Positions 1 through 9,609 of a stretch of DNA of 64,000 bases are shown here, piece by piece. The first letter of the stretch is position 1. Each line of letters starts with the position of its first letter. The DNA is from an uncultured Desulfobacter sp. (GTDB lineage Bacteria > Desulfobacterota > Desulfobacteria > Desulfobacterales > Desulfobacteraceae). The translations under genes were made by a program, and so were the position numbers. The notes beneath the pieces are model-generated. The model did no database searches. It was not told where the DNA came from and saw only the letters and a program-made list of their open reading frames with translations. Location of the stretch: contig OY762069.1 of assembly GCA_963665095.1 (NCBI GenBank), positions 3,136,001 to 3,200,000 on the forward strand, in the 5' to 3' direction.

Positions 1-529
1 CCTGTTCTTTCATGCTGTAGGCGTGGCCAGTCTGGCAGAGCGTCTGGCCGGGGAGGCTGGCTTTCCACAGCCCTTTCAGGCATATACGGCAGGGCTGCTG
101 CACGACATTGGCAAGGTGGTGCTGGACCAGTACATATCAGACAACAATCCGTTATTTTTCCGCTCCCTGGAACAGAAAGGGCAGGAGATCCTGCAGACAG
201 AAAAAACGCTTCTGGGCTTTACCCACTGCCGGGCCGGTGGCCTTCTGGCTGAAAAATGGCACTTTTCCCAGGCTCTGACCGAAGCCATCCGGTTTCACCA
301 TACGCCTGAAAAAGCAAAAAATCATTCAAGACTGGTGGATCTCGTATATCTTTCCGACCTGATTATGGAAAAATTTTTCACGCGATTTACCATTGAAAAT
401 ATTGGCACCCTGCAGCTTGCGCCCATTATCCGAAAAACGGGCCTTGACGGGACATCTTTAAGCCGGTGCATTGACGGGCTCCCTCTGGATGCACTATACC
501 AGACACATGAAACAGACAATGTCAGATAA
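1..529 (+). CDS. HDOD/HD-domain signal transduction protein (5' partial)
   Basis: Frame open from window edge; motifs AGLLHDIGK, GFTH, LAEKWHF, AIRFHH typical of HDOD. Confidence 0.85.
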   Translation, partial: LFFHAVGVASLAERLAGEAGFPQPFQAYTAGLLHDIGKVVLDQYISDNNPLFFRSLEQKGQEILQTEKTLLGFTHCRAGGLLAEKWHFSQALTEAIRFHHTPEKAKNHSRLVDLVYLSDLIMEKFFTRFTIENIGTLQLAPIIRKTGLDGTSLSRCIDGLPLDALYQTHETDNVR

Positions 530-1913
530 ACAGACTTTATTAAAATCTTTACCCGGTGTGGATCATCTTCTGAATCTTGCCGGCGCGGATGAACGATTTT
601 CCCGGATACCGCGCAGTCTTGTACTTGAATCTTTGCGCCGGGCCGTTGAGGATACCCGAAAATGTATCCTTGAGGGCCAGCCCGTCACCCCGGACCATAC
701 ACAGATCATGGCGCGGGCTGCTAAAATTGCCACAGAACGGATGAAAAACCGGCTCAAACCCCTGATCAACGGCACCGGCGTGGTACTTCACACCAATCTG
801 GGCAGGGCATTGCTCTGCCGGGAGGCCCTGGATAATATCCTTGATGTCTCCGCTGCTTACTCCAATCTTGAGCTGAACCTTGCCACCGGAAAACGTGGTA
901 TCAGGTACGCCGCCATTGAAGGTCTGATCTGCGAGCTGACCGGCGCTGAAGCCGCCATGGCAGTAAACAACAATGCAGGGGCAGTACTCCTGGCATTGAA
1001 CACCCTGGCCCAGGGTCGCGAGGTGGTGGTCTCCAGAGGAGAGCTTGTGGAAATCGGCGGCTCCTTCAGGGTGCCGGATGTCATGATCAAAAGCGGATGC
1101 ATCCTTCGTGAAGTGGGCACTACCAACCGGACCCATGCCAGGGATTACACCAATGCCGTGACTGAAGAGACCGGCCTTTTGCTCAAAGTGCATACCTCCA
1201 ACTATAAAATAGAAGGGTTTACGGCCAGTGTTCCGTTAAAGGAGCTGGTGGAGATCGGAAAAACCCATGGCCTGCCTGTGATGGAGGACTTGGGTTCAGG
1301 CACCCTGATTGATTTCAGCCAGTTCGGCCTGCCTGCGGAACCGCCGGTATTTGAACAGGTGGCAGCAGGTGCGGATGTGGTCACATTCAGTGGGGACAAG
1401 CTATTGGGAGGCCCCCAGGCCGGTGTCATTGTGGGCAATAAAAAATACCTGGACCAGATTAAAGCCAACCCTTTGACCCGGGCGCTTCGCATTGACAAAA
1501 TGACTCTGGCAGCCCTGGAATCAACGCTCAAGCTTTACCGGGACACGGCGGAAGCTGTGGAAAAAATTCCCACGTTACGGATGCTGACCCGCTCCTACGA
1601 GCAAATCTGCCTGGACGCAGACACGCTTTTTGCACTGGTGTCGAAAGGTGTCGGTAACAAAGCAGAGGTGGCGCTCTCCGACATGAACTCCAGACCCGGT
1701 GGTGGCTCCTATCCCGGCCTGACTCTGCCCACCCGGTGCCTGACCATCCGTCCCAAAGCCATGTCCGTCACCACCCTGGACAAAGCGCTGCGGGCCTTTG
1801 ACCCGCCCGTAATGGGACGCATTGAAGACAATTGGTTCATTATAGACCCCAGGACACTTCAACCCGGCCAGGACAAAATTCTTGCCGGCATTTTTAAAAC
1901 CCTGATCCAGTAA
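519..1913 (+). CDS. selA: L-seryl-tRNA(Sec) selenium transferase
   Basis: INGTGVVLHTNLGRA, SRGELVEIGGSFR, FSGDKLLGGPQAG (PLP Lys); start ATG 519 (alternative 507) overlaps HDOD stop. Confidence 0.97.
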   Translation: MSDKQTLLKSLPGVDHLLNLAGADERFSRIPRSLVLESLRRAVEDTRKCILEGQPVTPDHTQIMARAAKIATERMKNRLKPLINGTGVVLHTNLGRALLCREALDNILDVSAAYSNLELNLATGKRGIRYAAIEGLICELTGAEAAMAVNNNAGAVLLALNTLAQGREVVVSRGELVEIGGSFRVPDVMIKSGCILREVGTTNRTHARDYTNAVTEETGLLLKVHTSNYKIEGFTASVPLKELVEIGKTHGLPVMEDLGSGTLIDFSQFGLPAEPPVFEQVAAGADVVTFSGDKLLGGPQAGVIVGNKKYLDQIKANPLTRALRIDKMTLAALESTLKLYRDTAEAVEKIPTLRMLTRSYEQICLDADTLFALVSKGVGNKAEVALSDMNSRPGGGSYPGLTLPTRCLTIRPKAMSVTTLDKALRAFDPPVMGRIEDNWFIIDPRTLQPGQDKILAGIFKTLIQ

Positions 1914-1922
1914 CACGACCTG

Positions 1923-3173
1923 ATGACTATGACTCAAAAATTCATTGCCAAAGATATCCAGTTTCTGAGAACAGCGCCGGACGCGCCTGCACTGTCAGCC
2001 CCGAAAGTATACTATTCCGACCTTATTGCACAGCCAACCACCGAGTTTACCGGATTCTGCCGGCGCCTGGCCAAAGTATGCGACAACAAAAAAACGTTCC
2101 TTACGGCCGCCATACAGGTTGATCCGGATGCCGCACCTGAGATCAGGGAAAAGACCAGAGATATTTTTGATGCCTGTTTTCATTCCATCCTGGAGCGGTC
2201 CGGCGGGTATAAGGAGCGGGGTATCTGGGAGTGCCTGGATAGCATGACAGCGCTGATGGCCTTCTGGGATTTTAATACAGCCAAAGAGGGCAGAAAGGTG
2301 CTTGACCTGCTCAATGAAAAGATCACCAAAGGCCTTGATACCGGCCTGATCATGGGTACCGCCGCCTTTCCCTTCCATGATGTTGACCGGACCGATATGC
2401 CTGGATGCGCCCTGAAAGCCCTGGATCATGCCGCCTTTTTCGGACCCGGCCACACAATTGAATTTGATGCCCTGTCCCTGAACATTTCCGGGGACAGGCG
2501 GTTCCAGCTCAACGACACTGACGGAGCCATCAGCGAATATGAAAAAGGCCTGGCCATGGAACCCTGCAACATCAACCTGATCAACAGCCTGGGCGTGGCC
2601 CACGGGGTGGACCAGGATCTGACAAAAGCCATGGAATATTTTGAAAAGGCAAGCCGCATCAATCCGGAAGAGGCCATGGTCATCCACAATATTGCCCTGA
2701 TCCACCGAATCAATGACAACACGGACTCAGCCCTTGCCTACCTGAAAAAAGCCCATGCCATAGATCCGGATGTTTTTGAAATTGAACTGCTGTTAGGGCA
2801 TCTTTTGTTCCGTGAGAATAAATTTAACCAGGCCATGGACCACCTGGATGCGGCCATCCGGCTCAAACCCGAATCCGGCACCGCCTTCAGGATAAAAGGC
2901 CAAATTTCCATGGAAAAAGAGGATGCATCAGGCGCTGCGGCCCATTTTAATCAGGCGGTAAAGCTCAACCCCAATGATCCGGAGGCGCTGTCCGGCTATG
3001 CCCGGGCCATGGCATTGCAAAAAAAGAACCTGCCCATTGCCCTGAGTTTTGCAAAGAAAAGTCTGGCCCTGGATCCGGGTAATGAGACTTACAGACAACG
3101 ACTTGAAGAGATTGAAGATATACACGACCTGGTTCAGGAAAAAAACCAGAAAAAAAGCATTAAATCAGCCTGA
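1923..3173 (+). CDS. Tetratricopeptide repeat protein with degenerate GGDEF-like N-terminal domain
   Basis: C-terminal tandem TPR-like repeats (A..Y.K.L..EP); IMGTAAFP...ALKALDHAAFFG resembles the GGDEF-domain C-terminus. Confidence 0.8.
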   Translation: MTMTQKFIAKDIQFLRTAPDAPALSAPKVYYSDLIAQPTTEFTGFCRRLAKVCDNKKTFLTAAIQVDPDAAPEIREKTRDIFDACFHSILERSGGYKERGIWECLDSMTALMAFWDFNTAKEGRKVLDLLNEKITKGLDTGLIMGTAAFPFHDVDRTDMPGCALKALDHAAFFGPGHTIEFDALSLNISGDRRFQLNDTDGAISEYEKGLAMEPCNINLINSLGVAHGVDQDLTKAMEYFEKASRINPEEAMVIHNIALIHRINDNTDSALAYLKKAHAIDPDVFEIELLLGHLLFRENKFNQAMDHLDAAIRLKPESGTAFRIKGQISMEKEDASGAAAHFNQAVKLNPNDPEALSGYARAMALQKKNLPIALSFAKKSLALDPGNETYRQRLEEIEDIHDLVQEKNQKKSIKSA

Positions 3174-3246
3174 CCTGAAAGTTGAATCAAGGGCGACCCA
3201 TTTGCCAGTACCGGGTATAGATGAATAGCTTTTTGGGAGATATTGC

Positions 3247-3816
3247 ATGAAAGAATTAATCCGGCAGACAGTCACGGATTCCATTGAGGCCAAACAGGCC
3301 TTTTTTTCCACCAATGAACATTTGATTGAAACATGTGCGAGCACCATGGCCGACACCTTTGGGGCTGGCCGCAAATTGCTGCTTTTCGGCAATGGCGGAT
3401 CAGCTGCGGACTGCCAGCATATTGCCGCAGAATTTGTCAACCGGTTCCAGATGGAAAGACGCCCCCTTCCGGCCATTGCCCTGACCTGCGACACCTCAAT
3501 CCTGACCAGCATCGGCAATGATTACAACTTTGACGATATCTTTGAAAAACAGGTCCGGGCGTTAGGCAAGAAGGGAGATATGGTCATTGGCATCTCAACC
3601 TCGGGGAGTTCACCCAACGTCATCCGGGCAATGGAAGCCGCTAAGCAGATGGGGCTGACACTGGTAGGATTTTCCGGGGCAAAGGGCAAGCTGAAAAATT
3701 TATGTGATATGGCCTTTTGCGTGGACAGCCCGGTAACAGCCCGAATTCAGGAGGTCCACATCACCCTGGCCCATATCCTGTGCGATCTGACCGAACGGAT
3801 GATGTTCCATGACTGA
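3247..3816 (+). CDS. gmhA: D-sedoheptulose-7-phosphate isomerase
   Basis: GNGGSAADCQH, GND, GISTSGSSPNV, ARIQEVH motifs. Confidence 0.95.
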   Translation: MKELIRQTVTDSIEAKQAFFSTNEHLIETCASTMADTFGAGRKLLLFGNGGSAADCQHIAAEFVNRFQMERRPLPAIALTCDTSILTSIGNDYNFDDIFEKQVRALGKKGDMVIGISTSGSSPNVIRAMEAAKQMGLTLVGFSGAKGKLKNLCDMAFCVDSPVTARIQEVHITLAHILCDLTERMMFHD

Positions 3817-4765
3817 AAAATTTCGCAGGGCACCCAAAATCCTGGACTTTTCCAGACTGTCCACTTACTCCATCAAGGAGAGAAAAAGCCTGGTATCAAA
3901 GGACGATTTTGCACAGCCCTGGACAAAGGGAGGAGGCCTTGACGCCTTTCTTGAGCGGCTTCCTGCCATCCTTGCCGGCAAGGATATCCGGGCCGTGATC
4001 AAGGCCATAGCCCGTGCTGCAAAAAAACAGCGGCCCATCTGTTTTGCCATGGGTGGCCACGTGGTTAAAACCGGCATGGCCCCCATTCTCATCGACCTGA
4101 TGGAAAAACAGGTGATCACCCACCTGGCCATGAACGGCTCCTGCATCATCCATGACTTTGAAATCGCCTTTACCGGCCAGACCAGTGAAGATGTGGCCGA
4201 AAGCCTTGGCTCCGGCAGCTTCGGAATGGCCAAAGAAACATCTGAACTGCTTAATCAGGCCATTGTATCGGCCCATGATAAAAAAATCGGCCTGGGCCGG
4301 GCCGTGGGCCAGATGATCCTGGACATGGACCTGCCCTGCAAACACTTAAGCCTCACTGCAGCAGGAGCGGCCCTGGGTCTTCCGGTCACCGTGCATGTGG
4401 CCTTAGGTACGGACATCATCCACATGCACCCCGGGTTTGATGGTGCCGCCTGCGGGAAATCCTCCCTGGATGATTTCCACACCCTTGCCCAAACCATTGC
4501 CGACCTTGAAAACGGGGTCTTCATCAATGCCGGCTCTGCTGTAATCATGCCCGAAGTATTCTTAAAAGCACTCACCCTGGTAAGAAACCTGGGCCACCAG
4601 GTGGATGATTTCACCACGGTCAACTTAGACTTTATCCGCCACTACCGCCCCATGACCAACGTGGTCAACCGCCCCACCCAGGGAAAAGGAAAAGGCTATT
4701 CCATAGTGGGTCACCACGAACTTCTGATCCCCTTGATCGCTGCCGGCGTCATCGAATCCCTGTAA
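3809..4765 (+). CDS. Deoxyhypusine-synthase-like (GSU2086-type) conserved protein
   Basis: MGGHVVKTG, HLAMNGS, VTVHVALGTDIIH, GSAVIMPEVFLKAL; overlaps gmhA stop. Confidence 0.7.
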   Translation: MTEKFRRAPKILDFSRLSTYSIKERKSLVSKDDFAQPWTKGGGLDAFLERLPAILAGKDIRAVIKAIARAAKKQRPICFAMGGHVVKTGMAPILIDLMEKQVITHLAMNGSCIIHDFEIAFTGQTSEDVAESLGSGSFGMAKETSELLNQAIVSAHDKKIGLGRAVGQMILDMDLPCKHLSLTAAGAALGLPVTVHVALGTDIIHMHPGFDGAACGKSSLDDFHTLAQTIADLENGVFINAGSAVIMPEVFLKALTLVRNLGHQVDDFTTVNLDFIRHYRPMTNVVNRPTQGKGKGYSIVGHHELLIPLIAAGVIESL

Positions 4766-4823
4766 ATCATTTTGCTCTGACCGAAGCGGGAAAAAATCAT
4801 TGAAATTTTCACCTGATTTTCTA

Positions 4824-4852
4824 TTGACATTTATACTCTAAGTTTCTATGGT
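4824..4852 (+). promoter_or_regulatory. sigma70-type promoter for the riboswitch-AraC transcript
   Basis: TTGACA-N17-TATGGT just upstream of the riboswitch. Confidence 0.7.
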
Positions 4853-4868
4853 CCAGCACAATATGGAT

Positions 4869-5029
4869 AACAGGTACCTGGAAAGTATCCGGGTAATGGG
4901 AACATTGTGCAATTCAATGACGGACCCGCCGCTGTAACCGGGGATGAACGCTGCAAACATGTCACTGCTTCTCAGAGGCGGGAAGACGCGGCAAGTAAAA
5001 TGATCCGGAAGTCAGAAGACCGACCTGTT
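4869..5029 (+). promoter_or_regulatory. Cobalamin (B12) riboswitch
   Basis: P1 AACAGGT/ACCTGTT; AATGGGAA, GTGCAATTC, CCCGCCGCTGTAA, GTCACTG, GGGAAG and B12 box GTCAGAAGACC. Confidence 0.95.
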
Positions 5030-5084
5030 TGATTTGACAGCCGAAGGGAATTGGCTGTTGAAACCTTGGATTTATAAAACGGGA

Positions 5085-5121
5085 ATCCAGGCGATTGTAT
5101 CGTCTGGATCTTTTGTTTTTT
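5085..5121 (+). terminator. Intrinsic terminator of the riboswitch expression platform
   Basis: 11-bp stem ATCCAGGCGAT/ATCGTCTGGAT followed by CTTTTGTTTTTT, just before SD GAGGAG. Confidence 0.8.
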
Positions 5122-5135
5122 GAGGAGAAAAAAAT

Positions 5136-5984
5136 ATGGAAGGCGCAGACTGCATCCTGAACCACTCACCATTCGACACGCTTACCAATGATGACACCCG
5201 CCTGAAAGTAGAAAAAGGATTCCGTCGCTTTACCACCCAGCCATACACCCTTATGACTGAACGAAACCATGATATTAAACAGATCGGATATATTTGTTCC
5301 GGCACCCTTTTATATCTTTCAGTTGCTGAAAACGGGGCGGTGATCCGCAAAGGTGTTGCTGAAAACGGCAACTATTTTGGCATTGAAAGCCTGATGCTCA
5401 ACAATGGCAAAGCTCTGTTTGACACTCTGGTCGTGTCCCCCCTCGAGTGCCTGGTTATTGAAAAGCCAAAATTTATGGAAATTGTGCAGGAAGATGAGAA
5501 ACTTAATTTTTTTTTCAAAGAACTGGCCAGGGAGAGAATAGACCGTGAATTCTCCGGCAGGCAGCTATTAAAGACGGGTGGAAGACAGGCCATAGATAAA
5601 AAACAGAAATTACGAGTGGATATATCCATCGCCTTTATAAACGCCAACTATACAAATCGGCTCACCCTGGATCAACTGGCCAGACAAGCCGGTGTGAGCC
5701 GGTACCATTTCACCCGGATATTCAAGCTGTTCACGGGTCAGACCTTCAAGGACTACTTGAACGTCAAACGGGTGGAGGCCGCCAAACGACTGCTGGCACT
5801 GCCGGATGTCAATGTATCCCAGGCCTGTTACTCGGTGGGATTCAACGATGTATCCTACTTTTCCAGGATTTTCAAACGGTATGAGGGCGTCAGTCCGTCC
5901 AGGTACAAGAATAAATGCTGCGACAGGGGGAAAAAAATCTTTTTCTTTGATAACAGACTGCACGAAAATCTGGCTGACGCCTGA
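5136..5984 (+). CDS. AraC-family regulator with N-terminal cNMP-binding-like domain
   Basis: C-terminal double HTH (LTLDQLARQAGVSRYHFTRIFK...VGFNDVSYFSRIFKRYEGVSP); N-terminus with YICSG, GNYFGIESL like CAP-type domains. Confidence 0.9.
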   Translation: MEGADCILNHSPFDTLTNDDTRLKVEKGFRRFTTQPYTLMTERNHDIKQIGYICSGTLLYLSVAENGAVIRKGVAENGNYFGIESLMLNNGKALFDTLVVSPLECLVIEKPKFMEIVQEDEKLNFFFKELARERIDREFSGRQLLKTGGRQAIDKKQKLRVDISIAFINANYTNRLTLDQLARQAGVSRYHFTRIFKLFTGQTFKDYLNVKRVEAAKRLLALPDVNVSQACYSVGFNDVSYFSRIFKRYEGVSPSRYKNKCCDRGKKIFFFDNRLHENLADA

Positions 5985-6069
5985 ATTTCAAAACAGCAGA
6001 TTTTGGCCTGAACCACGATAAAACTGCACCACCGGTATAGGTCAGCTTTTTTAGCCTTTCCCGGATGGA

Positions 6070-6178
6070 TGCAGACAGTGTATTTGCCTTAGCGCGTACT
6101 GCACAGGGCGGCAAATCCCAACTCCTCCTTGCCCGGACGCCCTGGGAATCAGTGCAAACTAAGGCAAATACCCCTGCA
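6070..6178. repeat. Nested inverted repeat (long hairpin or MITE-like element) between convergent genes
   Basis: Perfect 13-bp IR GTATTTGCCTTAG (6080-6092)/CTAAGGCAAATAC (6159-6171) with inner CAGGGCG/CGCCCTG. Confidence 0.6.
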
Positions 6179-6184
6179 ATCAGG

Positions 6185-6631
6185 TTAAAATCTTCGTATC
6201 AGCAGGGCACCTGCTGTAATCAGGGCGACGCCGGCCAGACGGGGCCAGTTGATGGGCTGTACAGGTACGCCCAGCATGCCGTAATGGTCCATGATTACAG
6301 CCATAACCAGCTGGCCTGCCACCACAAGACTGAAGGTAAGGGCGGTCCCCAGCCTTGGTGTGATGACAATGGTGGCGGTAACGTAAATGGCCCCTAAAAA
6401 CCCTGCCAGCCAGAGGCTCCAGTGAACACCGGCAGCCGTCCGGATGGCGGAAAAGTCCACTTTGCCGGCCAGAGCATAGATTAAAAGCCCGGCTGTTCCC
6501 ACGGCAAAGGAGATCAGGGCCGCATAAAACGGATCATTCAGGGTCTTGCCTATTTTGGCATTCATCCCGGCCTGCAGAGGTGCAAGCATGCCTGCTGCAA
6601 AGGCAAAGCCCAGCAGAAATATAAGCTTCAT
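6185..6631 (-). CDS. DMT family transporter (YdcZ/DUF606-like)
   Basis: Hydrophobic; LQAGMNA, ALISFAVG, PRLG, VAGQLVMAVIMDHYG motifs. Confidence 0.9.
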   Translation of the reverse strand: MKLIFLLGFAFAAGMLAPLQAGMNAKIGKTLNDPFYAALISFAVGTAGLLIYALAGKVDFSAIRTAAGVHWSLWLAGFLGAIYVTATIVITPRLGTALTFSLVVAGQLVMAVIMDHYGMLGVPVQPINWPRLAGVALITAGALLIRRF

Positions 6632-6855
6632 TTTTGTTCATCCTTTCAGACGATTCCAATTGAAATGGGCAGTATAGCCCTTTGTTTTCAAGGACGCCAC
6701 ACTATTTCAGCCTGCCCCGGTGTTTTCCACCTTGACATTTAACCCAAATCCTGAAAGATTCAATTTAAAGCAATCAAAAAATTGGTTTTTGTTACGTTAT
6801 TAACCCACAAAATTGTATTTTTAATACTACAATTATTAATCAGGCACCATTCCCG

Positions 6856-8031
6856 ATGACCACTCCTGAACAAACTGTAAAAAATATTTTGGCCGCCCAT
6901 GAACCGTCGCTACTGGACGTTGTTCGCAAAATTCACGCAACACCGGAACTCTCCGAACAGGAGGTTCAGGCCTGTGCCTGGCTTTCAGACCTGCTCGATA
7001 CGTGGGGGTTTGATGTTGAGACCGGTTATAAAAACCTGCCAACCGCGTTTAACGCCACAGCCGGGAAGGATGGTCCCCATGTCTGCTTCATGGCTGAATA
7101 TGATGCCCTGCCGGGCATTGGCCACGGATGCGGACACAACCTCATTGCCGGCGTGGCTTTAGGTGCCGGTGTGGCGCTTAAAGGTCTTCTTGAACAGCAC
7201 GGCGTACCGGGCCGGGTCACGGTTATGGGTACCCCAGCCGAAGAGGTTCGGGGGGCTAAAATTGACCTGATCAAAGCAGGCGCCCTTGAAGATGTGGATC
7301 TGGCACTCATGGCCCATCCCACCAATTACGCCACAGCCCCCTATGCCGGAGAGTCTGGCATTATCCAGTTTAATGTGTGCTATGCCGGCCGGACATCCCA
7401 TGCGGCAGATGCCCCGGAAAAAGGGCTGAATGCCCTGGATGCCATACGGCTTTTGTTCACTGGCGTGGATGCCTGGCGCCAGCAGATGACGGAAACCAGT
7501 CGGGTTCATGGTGTTATCCGGGACGGCGGTCAGGCCCCCAACATTATTCCCGACCATGCTGCAGCGGAATTCTATCTGCGTGCCTTTGACCAGGAACTGC
7601 TCACGGCCATGCGCCGTCGGTTTGAAAATATTGCCAAAGGTGCGGCACTTATGACAGATACCGTTCTCACCCTGGAGGAAATCCCCAACCCATACAAACC
7701 CGGGAAACCCAATGAGCCCGTCAATCAGATGTTTTTTGAGCTGGCACAGAAAGAAGAAATGGCACCGGAATGGATGGAGCCTAGCAGAGGTTCTTCGGAT
7801 TTCGGGGATGTGACCTATGAGGTGCCCGGCATGCATGCCTACTTTAATATCTCAGGAAACGATCCGGATATCATCATCCACTCCAGACAGTTTACTGACG
7901 CGTCAGCAACGGATTTTGCATTTTCCCAGATGAATAAAATGGCCAGGATCCTTGCCCGGATTGGCTGGGCATTCATAACAGAACCCAATTTCAGGAACAA
8001 GGTGCAGGAGGCCTTCCCTTTTGACCGATAG
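6856..8031 (+). CDS. M20 family amidohydrolase (PM20D2/AbgB-like)
   Basis: [50 protein letters not shown]. Confidence 0.92.
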   Translation: MTTPEQTVKNILAAHEPSLLDVVRKIHATPELSEQEVQACAWLSDLLDTWGFDVETGYKNLPTAFNATAGKDGPHVCFMAEYDALPGIGHGCGHNLIAGVALGAGVALKGLLEQHGVPGRVTVMGTPAEEVRGAKIDLIKAGALEDVDLALMAHPTNYATAPYAGESGIIQFNVCYAGRTSHAADAPEKGLNALDAIRLLFTGVDAWRQQMTETSRVHGVIRDGGQAPNIIPDHAAAEFYLRAFDQELLTAMRRRFENIAKGAALMTDTVLTLEEIPNPYKPGKPNEPVNQMFFELAQKEEMAPEWMEPSRGSSDFGDVTYEVPGMHAYFNISGNDPDIIIHSRQFTDASATDFAFSQMNKMARILARIGWAFITEPNFRNKVQEAFPFDR

Positions 8032-8800
8032 ACAGCAATCCCCTACCCTGACCGTAACAGACCTTCACAAACGATTTGGCAGCAATGAAGTCCTTAAAGG
8101 CGTCGGTATGACAGCCAATAAAGGGGATGTCATCTCAATCCTGGGTTCCAGCGGCTCAGGCAAGAGCACCATGCTGCGCTGCATTAATTTTCTTGAAATG
8201 CCCGATGAAGGCAGAATCGTAGTTTGCGGTGAAGAGATTATCATGGGCAAGGACCGCAAAGGCGCGCCACAGCCAAAAGACATCCGCCAGGTCGAACGTA
8301 TCCGCACCAAACTTGCCATGGTATTCCAGCAGTTTAACCTGTGGAGTCACATGACTATTCTGGAAAATGTCACCAAAGCCCCGATGCATGTCCAGAAACT
8401 TTCCAAAGCGGAAGCAAAGGACAAGGCTGTCCATTACCTGGAAAAAGTGGGCATCGGGGATAAACTCAATGCCTATCCGGTTCAGCTGTCAGGCGGCCAG
8501 CAGCAGCGTGCCGCCATTGCCAGGGCCCTTGCCATGGAGCCAGAGGTCATGCTCTTTGATGAGCCCACATCGGCTCTGGACCCGGAGCTGGTTGGTGAGG
8601 TCTTAAGTGTTATGCAGGACCTGGCTGAAGAGGGCCGAACCATGGTGGTAGTGACCCATGAGATGGGTTTTGCCAAAGATGTCTCCTCAAAAATTATCTT
8701 TTTAAACAACGGCATTATTGAAGAAGAGGGTGCGCCGTCAGTGGTATTCCAGAATCCTGAATCTGTCAGGTTCAAAGAGTTCATTGCCGCCATCCGGTAA
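8021..8800 (+). CDS. Polar amino acid ABC transporter ATP-binding protein (HisP/AotP-like)
   Basis: [29 protein letters not shown]. Confidence 0.95.
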   Translation: MTDRQQSPTLTVTDLHKRFGSNEVLKGVGMTANKGDVISILGSSGSGKSTMLRCINFLEMPDEGRIVVCGEEIIMGKDRKGAPQPKDIRQVERIRTKLAMVFQQFNLWSHMTILENVTKAPMHVQKLSKAEAKDKAVHYLEKVGIGDKLNAYPVQLSGGQQQRAAIARALAMEPEVMLFDEPTSALDPELVGEVLSVMQDLAEEGRTMVVVTHEMGFAKDVSSKIIFLNNGIIEEEGAPSVVFQNPESVRFKEFIAAIR

Positions 8801-8829
8801 AATTCACACTATAATAAGGAGAAGGGAAA

Positions 8830-9609
8830 ATGAAAAAAAGTATTGTACTTGGAATTTTTTTGGCGCTGGCACTGGCCTTGACTCCGGCATTTGCCAAAGA
8901 GTGGAAAGTGATCCGGGTGGGGGTGGAAGGCGCCTATCCTCCGTTCAGCAACGTGACACCTGACGGGAAACTGGTGGGGTTTGACATTGACATGGCCAAA
9001 GCCATTGTTGAAGCGGCCGGCGCAGAGTGCAAACTTGTGATGCAGGACTGGGACGGCATCATTCCGGCGCTTATTGCAGGCAAATATGACTGCATCGTTG
9101 CATCCATGTCAATTACCGAAGAACGTAAAAAAAAGGTGGCTTTCACCAACAAATACTACAACACGCCAGCCAAATTTGTGGCCAAAAAAGGACTGATCAA
9201 AAACTTCTCTCCGGAAGTAATCAAAGGAAAAACCATAGGCGTACAGCGCTCCACCATCCATGACAGCTTCCTTACCGATAACTACGGAGACAAGGTTACC
9301 ATCAAGCGTTACGGCACCCAGGACGAGCTATATCTGGACATTGCAGCAGGACGTATTGATATGCTTATCTGCGATTCCATTGCCGCGTCTGAAGGCTTTT
9401 TGAAAAAACCAGAAGGACAGGGCTTTGAATTTGTAGGACCGGACCTGACAGATCCAAAATGGTTTGGCATCGGGGCTGGTATTGCGTTGAGAAAACAGGA
9501 TACCGATCTTCAGAAACTCCTGAACACCGGCATAGATAAAATTCGTGCCAACGGCACCTACAAAAAGATCCAGGATAAATATTTCGACTTCAATATCTAC
9601 GGTGATTAA
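8830..9609 (+). CDS. Polar amino acid ABC transporter substrate-binding protein (Lys/Arg/Orn/His type)
   Basis: Signal peptide ending AFA; EGAYPPF, GFDID, WDGIIPAL, MSITEER. Confidence 0.93.
   Translation: MKKSIVLGIFLALALALTPAFAKEWKVIRVGVEGAYPPFSNVTPDGKLVGFDIDMAKAIVEAAGAECKLVMQDWDGIIPALIAGKYDCIVASMSITEERKKKVAFTNKYYNTPAKFVAKKGLIKNFSPEVIKGKTIGVQRSTIHDSFLTDNYGDKVTIKRYGTQDELYLDIAAGRIDMLICDSIAASEGFLKKPEGQGFEFVGPDLTDPKWFGIGAGIALRKQDTDLQKLLNTGIDKIRANGTYKKIQDKYFDFNIYGD

Noticed and set aside
6065..6397. 110-aa + strand ORF
   Set aside because: Antisense to the DMT gene and spans the palindrome; no motif or SD. The many other shadow ORFs opposite ribosomal, rpo and che genes were dismissed likewise.
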